Assembly (NCBI GenBank): GCA_038087875.1
Contig: JAXLNO010000862.1
Coordinates: 124,001-188,000 of the forward strand
Reading direction: 5' to 3'
DNA: 64,000 nt
DNA from: Malacoraja senta
Taxonomy: Eukaryota
The position numbers and the translations under genes were made by a program. Below are positions 63,308-64,000 of this stretch, piece after piece (the first letter of the stretch is position 1; every line of letters starts with the position of its first letter). The notes beneath the pieces are model-generated. The model ran no database searches. It was not told where the DNA came from and saw nothing but the letters and a program-made list of their open reading frames with translations.

Positions 63308-64000
63308 AGTCGCCGCCACGCCCGCAGTAGAAGTTGGCCACGGGCCGGCGGTGGTGGCTTCTTCTTCTCCCGGGTCCCCAACAGGGATCACAGGCTGCAC
63401 CAGCTGGAGCTCTACAGGCCGCGTCGCAGGCTGCCGGCTGCTGCGGGCCAGCGAAACGGAGCGCTCCCCTCCGGCAAGCCCCAGCGAAGGCTCGCCCGCT
63501 CCACGCCGAGAGGCCACGCTGCGCTCGCCGCTGAAGCCCCGGGCACGTTTTAACTTCAGTTATAAAATTCACCCTCCCACTAACACACACAGACACACAC
63601 CTACTCACACACACCCACACCCACACACACACAGACACACACTCACTCACCTACTCACATACACCCAAACACATCCACACACACACACACACTCACTCAC
63701 CTACTCACATACACCCCCCTCACACACTTACTCACATACACCCACACTCACTCACCTACTCACATACACCTCCACCCACACACACACACACCCACTCACA
63801 CCCACCCACCCACACTGACCCACACCCACTGACCTACACCCCCACCCACACAAATCCACCCACTTACCCACGCCCACTCTCCCACACAAACACCCCCACC
63901 CCCACCCAAACGCAGGCCCGGACCACTGAAACAGCCGTGGCTGCCGTCTCTCACCATCTCCCCGGGCGGGGCCACCACAGCCACTGTTGCTGGAAAGCCC
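62886..64000 (-). mobile_element. GC-rich non-autonomous retroelement with an internal (GT/GAGT)n microsatellite (63575-63905)
   Basis: Core GCCTTCCACCACAGTGA at about 63010-63030; gtgacgaataaaactgattg tail; runs to the window edge. Confidence 0.7.

Noticed and set aside
62882-63818. Overlapping 115-211 aa ORFs
   Set aside because: GC-rich repeat plus microsatellite; no domain signature; open in several frames at once.

Overview
Vertebrate genomic DNA, most likely from a cartilaginous fish (skate/ray). That assignment is an inference from HE1-type V-SINEs and CR1 elements with (TAGAAACA)n tails. The window holds one apparently intact five-exon NXPE3-like gene on the minus strand (46309 to 7637, 575 aa). 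I assembled it by hand; all phases match, including a 74-nt exon that the ORF track misses. About 9.4 kb upstream on the same strand lies a lone 276-nt MHC class I alpha2-domain exon with non-classical substitutions. No alpha3 exon lies between it and NXPE, and its donor phase matches the acceptor in front of the NXPE start codon. Most of the remaining sequence is nested transposable elements: CR1, L1/Tx1, Rex/Babar, RTE, Penelope-like elements with hammerhead-ribozyme cores, DIRS, Tc1, hAT-Buster, a Harbinger-type MITE and SINEs. Unusual structural signals include two L1 insertions with very long target-site duplications (about 80 bp and about 575 bp), a 1065-bp locally templated copy flanked by a 15-bp direct repeat, and a 2.8-kb tandem duplication. 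No rRNA, bona fide tRNA or CRISPR array was found. Element boundaries were read by eye and are approximate unless a TSD or TIR is quoted.
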